A stretch of 48,594 nt of DNA. Source: Candidatus Dojkabacteria bacterium. GTDB lineage: Bacteria > Patescibacteriota > Dojkabacteria > GCA-002793355. A model generated the notes under the pieces. The model did not search any database, was not told the origin of the DNA, and worked only from the letters and a program-made list of their open reading frames with translations. Shown in pieces: positions 1 through 7,972 of this stretch (position 1 is the first letter of the stretch; each line of letters starts with the position of its first letter). The stretch lies in NCBI GenBank assembly GCA_030583825.1, contig CP129477.1:909627-958220 (forward strand), in the 5' to 3' direction. The position numbers were made by a program, and so were the translations under genes.

Positions 1-82
1 ATTTTTTCACTTAACGTTCATAAATTCTTCATCGTTTATCATTCAACGTGAAGTGATAAAGTTTTGGAGAGTACTGTAATTT

Positions 83-198
83 AGGGACGAGAAGCTGAGT
101 GAAAAACAGTAGCTGCTCCTACTGTTTTGAACGAAGAAGGGGTCGAGGAGCATACCTTAGGCTTTGAATATAATGCGAGGTGACCGAGTCCCTCCTCC
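83..198 (+). repeat. tRNA-linked mini-element, copy A (ends in a tRNA T-arm/3'-end-like sequence CGAGTCCCTCC)
   Basis: Shares GAAGCTGAGTGAA with the Thr-linked copy, and GGGGTCGAGGAG plus ATAATGCGAGGTGACCGA (18/18) with the Arg-linked copy. It has a 10-bp hairpin at 103-128, and AGGGAC (83-88) pairs with GTCCCT (188-193). Confidence 0.85.
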
Positions 199-219
199 AT
201 GTTTAGCAGAATAATATCT

Positions 220-1128
220 TTAATAACTCGTTATTAATAATTCTTTTATATTCCCACGTAAGGTAGCTTTTGAATTGATGGATCTTTTTGCATTCACCTT
301 TTTTATTTTAAAGGTAGAATAAAGTTTATCGAAATAAGTATCTGTTATTTTTGTATTCTGTGGGTCAGAATTACTAATAATAACAAAGGCATTTCTAGAC
401 TTTGCATATTTCGCATACTCAGCAAGTCTTTCTTGATCAGTATCCGAAAATCCATCTTTAGAATAATTAGTAAAATTTGAAGTCTTACCTAAAGGTTTGT
501 ATGGAGGATCCAAATAGATAACGGCCCCCTTTTCTATTAATTCTTTGGTTGAATAAAAATCTCCATCCATCAGGATAGTGTTTTTTAATGCTTCATTTAC
601 AGAATAAATATTATCCTGATCACAAATCTTTGGATTCTTATACCGGCCAAACGGGACATTAAAGCTGCCTTTTTTATTTTCTCGAAAGAGTCCATTAAAA
701 CAAGTTCTATTGAGAAAAATAACCTGAGATACTCTTTGTATTGCTAATTTATCCAACTTTGTGTAATCAAATTCTTCTTTTTGTATATTAAAGGTTGTCC
801 TTACTTCATAATATTTCTTTTCTCTTTCCGAGTCCGCTAATTCTAGGTATTCCTTTTCCATCTTTTTTAAATTCTCAATCAATTCGGATACCCTACTTTG
901 GATTACCCGATAACAAAGCATTAGATCTCTATTTATATCGAGGAGGTAAGCCTTTTTGACACTATAATTAGATTTAAGGTAGAAAAAAAAGGAAGCTCCA
1001 CCGGCAAATGGTTCAATATATATATCAATCTCTCTTTTTTCTTTAATCTCCCTTGGCAATGCGGATTCAAGCTCGTTTAAGAGTTGTCTCTTGCCTCCTG
1101 CCCATTTTAAGAAAGGTTTTGCTTCCAA
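220..1128 (-). CDS. Dam-family (alpha-class) N6-adenine DNA methyltransferase, DpnM/M.MboIA-like
   Basis: N-terminal KPFLKWAGGK, motif I EPFAGGAS, LNRTCFNGLFREN.KG.FNVPFG and DPPY. The start was moved to TTG at 1128, just after the upstream stop; the ORF-track start at 1257 lies inside the nuclease gene. Confidence 0.92.
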   Translation of the reverse strand: MEAKPFLKWAGGKRQLLNELESALPREIKEKREIDIYIEPFAGGASFFFYLKSNYSVKKAYLLDINRDLMLCYRVIQSRVSELIENLKKMEKEYLELADSEREKKYYEVRTTFNIQKEEFDYTKLDKLAIQRVSQVIFLNRTCFNGLFRENKKGSFNVPFGRYKNPKICDQDNIYSVNEALKNTILMDGDFYSTKELIEKGAVIYLDPPYKPLGKTSNFTNYSKDGFSDTDQERLAEYAKYAKSRNAFVIISNSDPQNTKITDTYFDKLYSTFKIKKVNAKRSINSKATLRGNIKELLITSY

Positions 1129-1129
1129 A

Positions 1130-1747
1130 CTATGTCTTTTTAAATAATTCCGCCAATAGAGATTTTCGAGCATAAAACGCTCTACTAATAGATCCATGCC
1201 CTGGGCCTTTTGTTCTTGCTTGAATCCATTTCCCATCTTTGCCTGTAAGAGATTCAAATCCTGAAATAATTAATTTGTTTCTGATGAATTCATAATCCGC
1301 TTCTATTTCTTTAACTATAGTATCGGTGGTCAATAGATCAAAACTAGCAACATCTAATAGTTTTGGATGTTTTGTCATTTTTCCTTTCCACTCAACGGCG
1401 CAAAGAATGAGTGATTTTAATTTATCCCAGCAATGACTTTCAAAAAACGGAGTATCTATCAGCTGCTTTTGATTTATCATGGTTATAGCCATTGTTTCTC
1501 TTGGGAGATATACGCCATTTCTTAGGACATATGAAACAGATTTAAGCTCAAACCCAATTCCATTTGGAGCAGGGCTGTTATTATTTGTCAGTCCGGCTAA
1601 TCTCTCCAGAACTTGACCTTTCCATCCCTTATTCTGCTTATCTTCTTTAAAAGAGGTAATTTCAAATTTAGTAGCCCATTCAGACAAATCGTGACCAACA
1701 TATTTTTGAAGATTATCTATTGCTGTTTTTCTAGTAATAATTTCCAT
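1130..1747 (-). CDS. MutH/Sau3AI-family endonuclease (single domain)
   Basis: KGWKGQVLER..PN....ELKS..ETMAITM resembles MutH KGW.G..LE...D.....ELK. The C-terminal Q.RTKG motif resembles Sau3AI-type enzymes. It lies between two methylases. Confidence 0.75.
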   Translation of the reverse strand: MEIITRKTAIDNLQKYVGHDLSEWATKFEITSFKEDKQNKGWKGQVLERLAGLTNNNSPAPNGIGFELKSVSYVLRNGVYLPRETMAITMINQKQLIDTPFFESHCWDKLKSLILCAVEWKGKMTKHPKLLDVASFDLLTTDTIVKEIEADYEFIRNKLIISGFESLTGKDGKWIQARTKGPGHGSISRAFYARKSLLAELFKKT

Positions 1748-2528
1748 TATTATTTGTTACTCTATTTATTGATATATCTAAGTAAGAAGATTCATTGTCA
1801 ATTCCAATAAATTTTCTATTAAGCTCTATTGCAACTATACCAGTTGTTCCGCTTCCTGAAAATGGATCTAAGATAGTATCTCCTTCTTTTGTACTGGAAA
1901 GTATGATTCTTTTTAAGAGCATTTCAGGCTTTTGTGTTGGGTGTTTTCCAAAACGTTTTTCATAGGGTTTCACACTATTTACTGCCCAGACAGATCGCAT
2001 CTGTTTACCAGGTACTTTTAAGAAATCTCCATCGCTATCATAATTCTTCATCTCGATATAGTTAAAAGTATGTTTTCCTGCTTTGTGCTTTCTTACCCAC
2101 AAAAGATTCTCGTGGCTTGCAGTAAAAAATCGTCCGCTTAAATTAGGAGGCGCGTTCTTTTTATACCATACAATATCGTTTAAAATATGATAACCTAGTT
2201 TTTGGATGGCGAATCCTATTTGGTAGGTAGAATGGTATGTGCTACTTACCCATAATGTTCCATTTGGTTTCAATAGTCGCTTTGCCAATTTTAGCCATTC
2301 ATAGTGAAACTCAAAGTTTTCTTTTAACGATGATCCTATATCCCAATCCCCCTTCTTGACGCTTACCATTTCTCCATTTTGGCAAGTAAAACTTCCATTA
2401 GATAAGAAATATGGAGGATCAGCAAATATCATATCAATGCTCTCTTCGGGTATCTCTTTTAGCAACTTAAATGAGTCGGCATGATAAAGAGTAAAATCTT
2501 TTAATTCTGATTGGAAATAAGGTTTCAT
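1731..2528 (-). CDS. Beta-class DNA methyltransferase, DpnA/M.MboIB-like
   Basis: N-terminal ADPPYFLSNG....G..VSV.KGDWD, then HPTQKP and a C-terminal DPFSGSGTT motif I (beta-class order). Confidence 0.9.
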   Translation of the reverse strand: MKPYFQSELKDFTLYHADSFKLLKEIPEESIDMIFADPPYFLSNGSFTCQNGEMVSVKKGDWDIGSSLKENFEFHYEWLKLAKRLLKPNGTLWVSSTYHSTYQIGFAIQKLGYHILNDIVWYKKNAPPNLSGRFFTASHENLLWVRKHKAGKHTFNYIEMKNYDSDGDFLKVPGKQMRSVWAVNSVKPYEKRFGKHPTQKPEMLLKRIILSSTKEGDTILDPFSGSGTTGIVAIELNRKFIGIDNESSYLDISINRVTNNNGNYY

Positions 2529-2592
2529 ATAATATATTGTACTTGATAAAAATGATTGTACAACTTTAAAACCAAATAGTTTTTTCTTCCTA

Positions 2593-2601
2593 TGCTACAA
2601 T
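2593..2601 (+). promoter_or_regulatory. Extended -10 box TGcTACAAT, 5 nt before ATG 2607 (putative leaderless start)
   Basis: Read directly from the sequence; no Shine-Dalgarno sequence between the box and the ATG. Confidence 0.6.
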
Positions 2602-2606
2602 GTTCT

Positions 2607-3089
2607 ATGACAAATCTTGGACTTACAATCGAACTCTGGTTCGACAATGAAGCAGAAGAAGCTGCTCGATTTTACACAGGTGTTTTCAAAGACTCCGAAC
2701 TTGGGGCGATCCGCTATTACACCACCGATACTCCCTCAAACAAGCCTATTGGCAGCGTTATCACCGTAGACTTTACTCTCAATGGCCAAAGGTTCCAGGC
2801 ACTAAACGGCGGCCCAGACTTTAAATTCAATGAATCAATTTCTTTTATCGTCGAATGTGAGGATCAAGCCGAAATTGACTACTACTGGTCAAAACTCACT
2901 GCCGATGGAGGAGAAGAAAGCTTCTGTGGCTGGCTCAAGGACAAATACGGTGTCAGCTGGCAAATTGTTCCAAAAGGTTTAGATGACCTCCTCTACCAGG
3001 AAGATGCAGCAAAAGGAAAACGCGCAATGGATGTTCTTCTTACGATGAAAAAACTCGATTTTGAAGCAATTAAAGTTGCTGCAGCATAA
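2607..3089 (+). CDS. VOC/PhnB-family protein (3-demethylubiquinone-9 3-methyltransferase-like)
   Basis: LWFDNEAEEAA.FY, F.LNGQ.F.ALNGGP.FKFNE.ISF and CGWLKDKYGVSWQIVP are typical of the family. The start at 2607 is supported by the adjacent -10 box. Confidence 0.88.
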   Translation: MTNLGLTIELWFDNEAEEAARFYTGVFKDSELGAIRYYTTDTPSNKPIGSVITVDFTLNGQRFQALNGGPDFKFNESISFIVECEDQAEIDYYWSKLTADGGEESFCGWLKDKYGVSWQIVPKGLDDLLYQEDAAKGKRAMDVLLTMKKLDFEAIKVAAA

Positions 3090-3138
3090 ATTTTGTCACT
3101 AACAAAAAATAGCTAATTTGTGAAACATTGCAAATTCT

Positions 3139-3555
3139 GTGAAACTTCCCTCTCCCGACGTAAAAACGATCTCTCAATATAACGCTGCTCAGCCTGACAG
3201 CTACAAGCAAATTTGCGAGCTACTCAACAAAGAAATTAATCGTCACTTACCAAAAGCAGAAAGCAAATTGTGGCATGGAGCTCCAGTTTGGTTTCTTGAG
3301 GGCAATCCTATCGTAGGCTATCACTTACTGAAAGATGGAGTTCGATTACTTTTCTGGAGCGGTCTCTCTTTTGAAGAGCCTTCCCTTATAAAGGTCGGAA
3401 AAAACTTCCAATCCGCAGGAATTACTTACACAGATGTTGGACAGATAAATCTAGGTGACCTTGAAAGATACCTTAATAAGGCAGAAAGTATACAGTGGGA
3501 TTATAAAAATCTTGTCAAAAGAAAAGGTGAGCTTTTACCGGTAGAAAAAATTTAA
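3139..3555 (+). CDS. DUF1801 (YdhG-like) domain protein
   Basis: LP.AESKLWHGAPVWFL.GNPIVGY...K.GVRLLFWSG.SF.EP pattern. Confidence 0.75.
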   Translation: MKLPSPDVKTISQYNAAQPDSYKQICELLNKEINRHLPKAESKLWHGAPVWFLEGNPIVGYHLLKDGVRLLFWSGLSFEEPSLIKVGKNFQSAGITYTDVGQINLGDLERYLNKAESIQWDYKNLVKRKGELLPVEKI

Positions 3556-3562
3556 TGAAAAA

Positions 3563-3610
3563 GCGGAACCGTAGCGACCAATAGCAACGATTTGCTATTG
3601 TGTTGCAAGG
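3563..3610. repeat. 48-bp dispersed hairpin repeat, copy 1
   Basis: 45/48 identical to 14946-14993; stem CAATAGCAA-cgat-TTGCTATTG. Confidence 0.9.
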
Positions 3611-3640
3611 CTAATAATTAATTATTACTTATTTTAGGCG

Positions 3641-4054
3641 ATGAAAGTTTCAGCAATTTATGTAAATCTTCCAATTAAAGACGTTAACCGTTCACGAGCA
3701 TTCTGGACAAAGCTTGGATTTTCGATCAATGAAGAATTCAGTGATGAAAAAGCAATCTGCCTTGTGCTTAACGAAGAGAAAGGTCTCTTTGCAATGCTGG
3801 TGACTCACGAATTCTTTAAAACATTTACCAACCGACCAATTTCTGACGGTATAACAACACAAGTAATTAATGCAATTCAAGTCGAAAATCGTGAAACAGT
3901 AGATAAAATTGTGAAACATGCCTTAGAAGCAGGTGCTACTCGCTATCGCGAAGGAAAAGACGAAGGCTGGATGTATTACGACAGTTTTGCAGATTTGGAC
4001 GGTCACCAATGGGAAGTTATGGCAATGGATGTGACTAAAATCTCTCCCGAATAA
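3641..4054 (+). CDS. VOC family (glyoxalase/bleomycin resistance-like) protein
   Basis: IYVNLPIKDVNRSRAFWTKLGF at the N-terminus and GWMY..SFADLDGHQWEV at the C-terminus. Confidence 0.85.
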   Translation: MKVSAIYVNLPIKDVNRSRAFWTKLGFSINEEFSDEKAICLVLNEEKGLFAMLVTHEFFKTFTNRPISDGITTQVINAIQVENRETVDKIVKHALEAGATRYREGKDEGWMYYDSFADLDGHQWEVMAMDVTKISPE

Positions 4055-4606
4055 ATGAAAAGTATTCGGTATATTGCGTTACTCCGTGGAATTAACGTTG
4101 GTGGCAACAATATTATCAAAATGGCCGATTTGAAAGCCTGTTTTGAGTCAATGAAATTTGCAAATGTAGTCACATATATTCAAAGTGGCAATGTATTGTT
4201 CGATTCTCTCGAAGAAGATAAAGAAACGCTTGTGGGGTTAATAGAAAAAACGCTTTCGACTCAGTTTAATTATAGCTCAAAAATTGTACTTATTACTGCT
4301 GATCACCTTAGAGAAACTGTAAGTGATGCTCCCAGTGGCTTTGGTCAAAATTTCGAGGAGTATAAATACGATGTATTATTTCTAAAAGAACCTCTTGTTG
4401 CGAAAGAGGCTCTCGGAAGCCTCAAGTTAAGAGATGGCGTAGACAATGCATATGCCGGCAATGGTGTTTTGTATTTTTCGCGTCGGATAAAAGACCTTAC
4501 AAAAAGTTATCTCAGTAAAGTGATATTGCTTCCAATTTACAAAAACATGACAATCCGCAACTGGAACACGACCACAAAGCTATTAAGCTTAGCAAACCCG
4601 CAGTAA
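4055..4606 (+). CDS. DUF1697 domain protein
   Basis: YIALLRGINVGG.N.IKMADL..., V.TYIQSGNV.F and a C-terminal TIRNWNT, all characteristic of the family. Confidence 0.88.
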   Translation: MKSIRYIALLRGINVGGNNIIKMADLKACFESMKFANVVTYIQSGNVLFDSLEEDKETLVGLIEKTLSTQFNYSSKIVLITADHLRETVSDAPSGFGQNFEEYKYDVLFLKEPLVAKEALGSLKLRDGVDNAYAGNGVLYFSRRIKDLTKSYLSKVILLPIYKNMTIRNWNTTTKLLSLANPQ

Positions 4607-4613
4607 GGAGAAA

Positions 4614-5387
4614 TTAATCCGGATCGCCAAACTTGTCTGGATCGCTATTGTTACAACGTGGACATGTCGTTAAGTGTTGAGTTCCTTCGTATACATAGTT
4701 ACATACGAGGCATTTCCATCGTCGCCACTCTTCTTCTATTTCCGGCAATTGCTGTGAAATTTTTGCATATGCAGTTGTAAACTGCTCCATTGTAGAGACT
4801 TTTTGCAATAATTGCTCTGGAGGAACGCCGGTGCTATTCACAAAAGCAACTTGCATCATACTTGTTTCAGGAATCGGAGAAATATTTGTACTTTTTTCAA
4901 ATACGGCATTGTATGCTGCATCCTGATCAGATAAAAGAACTGCAGTTTGTTTTATTGCATTTTCATCCATAGGAAGGGAGTGTTTTGCGTGTAATCGTCT
5001 TGCTCGTTCGGTTTCGTCACAGTGAATCCATAAAGAGAATAATGGGTTCATTTGCTTTGCAATGCTGTAAGTAATTGTTCCCGTAAATGAAATAACAATC
5101 GGACGGGTTGCCTGTGTCATTTTTTGCGAAATGTGAGTAAACATTTGAAAAACAATTTCCGGCTTGCCACTTAACACATCACGCAGAAACTGGGTATAGG
5201 TTACTAAACGCTCGGCTGGAGTTGTTGGAGGCGTCTGCAACGTGGACAAAAATACCTGCGTAAGAATGTCATTGCCATCAAATAACTCAAAGTTATAGGT
5301 ATTGGCTATAAATGTTGCAAGCGTGCTTGCTCCGCAATATGGGAGCCCTTCAATGAGAAACGCTGGCAGTGTGGCTTTCTCGCTCAT
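4614..5387 (-). CDS. Cytidylate-kinase-like P-loop fold protein with a C-terminal rubredoxin-type CxxC..CxxC domain
   Basis: LIEGLPYCGASTLA (degenerate Walker A), LWIHCDETERARRL, and C-terminal WKCLVCNYVYEG....TCPRC. Confidence 0.6.
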   Translation of the reverse strand: MSEKATLPAFLIEGLPYCGASTLATFIANTYNFELFDGNDILTQVFLSTLQTPPTTPAERLVTYTQFLRDVLSGKPEIVFQMFTHISQKMTQATRPIVISFTGTITYSIAKQMNPLFSLWIHCDETERARRLHAKHSLPMDENAIKQTAVLLSDQDAAYNAVFEKSTNISPIPETSMMQVAFVNSTGVPPEQLLQKVSTMEQFTTAYAKISQQLPEIEEEWRRWKCLVCNYVYEGTQHLTTCPRCNNSDPDKFGDPD

Positions 5388-5397
5388 AGTGTATTTA

Positions 5398-5406
5398 TGA
5401 TACACT
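5398..5406 (+). promoter_or_regulatory. Extended -10 box TGaTACACT, 6 nt before the ftsW/rodA ATG
   Basis: Read directly from the sequence. Confidence 0.5.
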
Positions 5407-5412
5407 AAAAAA

Positions 5413-6567
5413 ATGGTCGCAACAACAAAGAAAACTCCAAAAAAAGGTTTTCTCTCAATACATCAGGAGCTTTGGGCAATTCCGCTCTTTTTGTTTGCGT
5501 TTGGCGTTATTCAGATTTTCTCCGCTAGCCGCTTTAAAGGAGTCGAATTAAAAGATAATGAATTCTACTTTGCAATTCTCCACTTTTTTGGCGTATCCAT
5601 TGGAATTATCGCTATGTCATTTACAACATTGTTAAGCTCGAATATTTGGAAAAAGCTTTCTCATATTATTTACGCAATTACCATTGCGCTACTTGTTGGA
5701 GTGCTTTTTACCCCCGCAGTAAATGGTGCACATCGTTGGTTTGAAATTCCTGGTACTGGATTTGCAATTCAACCGTCGGAATTTGCAAAAATCACGGTCG
5801 TATTATACGGCGCGTACTTGCTTGAAGCATATGGCAAGAAAAATTTTGCTACATATAAACAGCATTTAGAACAGTTTTTGCGACCTGTCGCAATTCGAAT
5901 GCTGCCACTTATTTTGCTTGTCGTTATTGAGCCTGACCTTGGCACAGCGGTTGTTATGGTTGCTGCATTTGTTTTTATGTACTTTATGAAAGAAAACAAA
6001 TTTTTGAAGCAGGATATTATGGCGATTGGGATTGTGCTTCTCATTGGTGGAGTGGTATTCAGTCTTGTAGAGTCATATCGCGTCACTAGAATTAATACGT
6101 ACTTTACGCTTCTTTTTACAGGAAAAATTGAAGATGAATTTGGTGCCGGGTATCAGCTGCGCAATATTTTAATTGGTGTCGGCTCAGGCGGATGGTGGGG
6201 AAAGGGACTTGGACAGTCTCGACAACGGTTTGGATACCTTGTTGAAACTACCGCATTCACGGATTCAATCAGTGCCGTCATCTTTGAAGAGCTTGGCTAT
6301 ATTTTAAGTGTAATTTTTATTTCGCTATACCTCATTTACTTCTGGAGTATTACAAAACGTGCGGAGGCTCAAACGGATCAATACAAAAAACTTGTGTTGT
6401 GGGGAATGGCGGGCTGGTTTATTTCCCAGACATTTATTCACCTTTCAGCAAACTTGGCGCTGATTCCGGTTAAAGGAATTCCACTGCCGTTTATTACTTA
6501 CGGAATGTCTTCAATTATCTCTATTGGAATTGCTGCGGGAATTACTTATCGTTTTTCTCGTTCTTAG
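5413..6567 (+). CDS. SEDS family peptidoglycan glycosyltransferase (FtsW/RodA/SpoVE)
   Basis: NGAHRWF, IQPSEFAKI, EPDLGT, GYQL..ILIGVGSGGWWGKGLGQS, TD.I..VIFEELG, KGIPLPFITYG; about 10 TM segments. Confidence 0.93.
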   Translation: MVATTKKTPKKGFLSIHQELWAIPLFLFAFGVIQIFSASRFKGVELKDNEFYFAILHFFGVSIGIIAMSFTTLLSSNIWKKLSHIIYAITIALLVGVLFTPAVNGAHRWFEIPGTGFAIQPSEFAKITVVLYGAYLLEAYGKKNFATYKQHLEQFLRPVAIRMLPLILLVVIEPDLGTAVVMVAAFVFMYFMKENKFLKQDIMAIGIVLLIGGVVFSLVESYRVTRINTYFTLLFTGKIEDEFGAGYQLRNILIGVGSGGWWGKGLGQSRQRFGYLVETTAFTDSISAVIFEELGYILSVIFISLYLIYFWSITKRAEAQTDQYKKLVLWGMAGWFISQTFIHLSANLALIPVKGIPLPFITYGMSSIISIGIAAGITYRFSRS

Positions 6568-7843
6568 TCTGAAACTGCTTTAAAAATTCTTCTTTCGATA
6601 AAATCTTCTTTGCCGGTTCTTCTGCTTCTGGTGAATCTCCACTCTTATTTGTGTCTGCAGGCTTTAATTTCTGCGCAGCAGTACTCTTCGTGATAACTGA
6701 GGCCTTTACTTTTTTCGTGGTCTTTTTAGCCTTTTTTACTGTCTCAGAGGATACTCTTTTGCTTGAGATATCAACCTTTCTTTTCTGAAAGTTTGGAAGC
6801 GCTTCTGCAATTTTTTGTTCTGTAGCAACTTCTTTCGCAGAAAGTGCAGGTTTTATTTGTTCTTTCTCTTTCTTTTCTTCTTTGGCGGCTGGTTTAGTTT
6901 TCTCTTTTGCTTTTACTTTTTTCTTAACGACCTTGCCTTTTGAATTTGATTCTTCCGATACAATATCAAGAATAGTTTTCTGGCTGGACATTCCACCAAA
7001 TATGTCTGCAATGCTTTTCTCTTCTCTTTTCTTGTCCATTTTTCTGCGAATAGAAACAGCAACAAGAATAATAATTATGAATAGTGCTCCACCAATGATT
7101 GCGTAAAACTCGTTTGGATTTGTTTGTGTAAATGTTTTAATTCTTTCAACTATTTGTGTTATCTGGTTCTGTGCTTCTTGCACTTGAACTTGTGGGTTAA
7201 CTTCTGCCGAGAATAGCTTATACTCGACTGTTAATGGCTTTGATGCTTCGCTGATAAGACCATTTCTCAATACAAATGCAATAATCGTGTTTTTTCCTTC
7301 TACAGGTTCAGGGAGGATAAATTCCCACTTTCCGTCCTGGTTTGAAGAAAACTTATTCACGGTTGAGCTGTTTACAATAACCATAACTGTTGATTGCGGC
7401 AATGCAGTTCCTGAAAGAACAACCTGGTTTGGACGAACAACTTCTGTTTTGATTGTCTGGTCAAAGATTGGAGGCTTTGGAACAATAATCAATTGTTTTG
7501 AAAGTACTCGGACGAGACCTTCTTTATTTGTAAACTTGAATGTAACCGTATGTGCGCCAATTGGCAAGTTTGGAAGAATGAACGGGCTTGGTGCATTTTG
7601 CGTAATTTGTGTTCCAATGGCAATCTCTACTCCTTTTGAGCTTGGATCAACAAAAGTAACAGGATAATTTGGATCGTCGGAAGTTTCTGGAAGATTTAAA
7701 GAAAGTTCGCGGCTAATAGTTCGTTCTCTTTCTGCTTCTGCATTAAGGATCACCTGTGCTGGAGTTGGTGTTTGTGCCGACGCAACGGGACTAATAATTA
7801 TTACTCCTGCAAGGAGCGCGGCAATGATGAGGCGTTTCTGCAT
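6542..7843 (-). CDS. Hypothetical surface protein: signal peptide, Ig-like beta region, one TM helix, Lys/Ala/Glu-rich cytoplasmic tail
   Basis: MQKRLIIAALLAGVIIISPVASA signal peptide; VVLSGTALPQSTV....SSNQDGKWEF (bacterial Ig-like); TM AIIGGALFIIIILVAVSI. Start 7843 has TGtTACGCT 7 nt upstream. Confidence 0.65.
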   Translation of the reverse strand: MQKRLIIAALLAGVIIISPVASAQTPTPAQVILNAEAERERTISRELSLNLPETSDDPNYPVTFVDPSSKGVEIAIGTQITQNAPSPFILPNLPIGAHTVTFKFTNKEGLVRVLSKQLIIVPKPPIFDQTIKTEVVRPNQVVLSGTALPQSTVMVIVNSSTVNKFSSNQDGKWEFILPEPVEGKNTIIAFVLRNGLISEASKPLTVEYKLFSAEVNPQVQVQEAQNQITQIVERIKTFTQTNPNEFYAIIGGALFIIIILVAVSIRRKMDKKREEKSIADIFGGMSSQKTILDIVSEESNSKGKVVKKKVKAKEKTKPAAKEEKKEKEQIKPALSAKEVATEQKIAEALPNFQKRKVDISSKRVSSETVKKAKKTTKKVKASVITKSTAAQKLKPADTNKSGDSPEAEEPAKKILSKEEFLKQFQTKNEKNDK

Positions 7844-7972
7844 ATAGGTAAGCGTAACAAAGGAAGCTTCGAAAGTCAATCAACAAATCCCCGCGATATC
7901 GAATATAATGCACAAGGTTTGGGAGCTTTTCTTAAATTTGGCGGTTACCTATTTATTAGCGGGATTTTCTTA

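Noticed and set aside
94-136. Hammerhead ribozyme resemblance (CTGAGTGA-stem-GAAC)
   Set aside because: The core should be CUGANGA...GAAA. Here there is an extra nucleotide and GAAC, the Arg and Val copies do not keep it, and no stems I/III were found.
7885-7969. AAATCCCCGC...GCGGGATTT long-range inverted repeat between def and the Ig-like gene
   Set aside because: It is imperfect, single-copy and has a long unpaired interior, so there is not enough support for a structured element.
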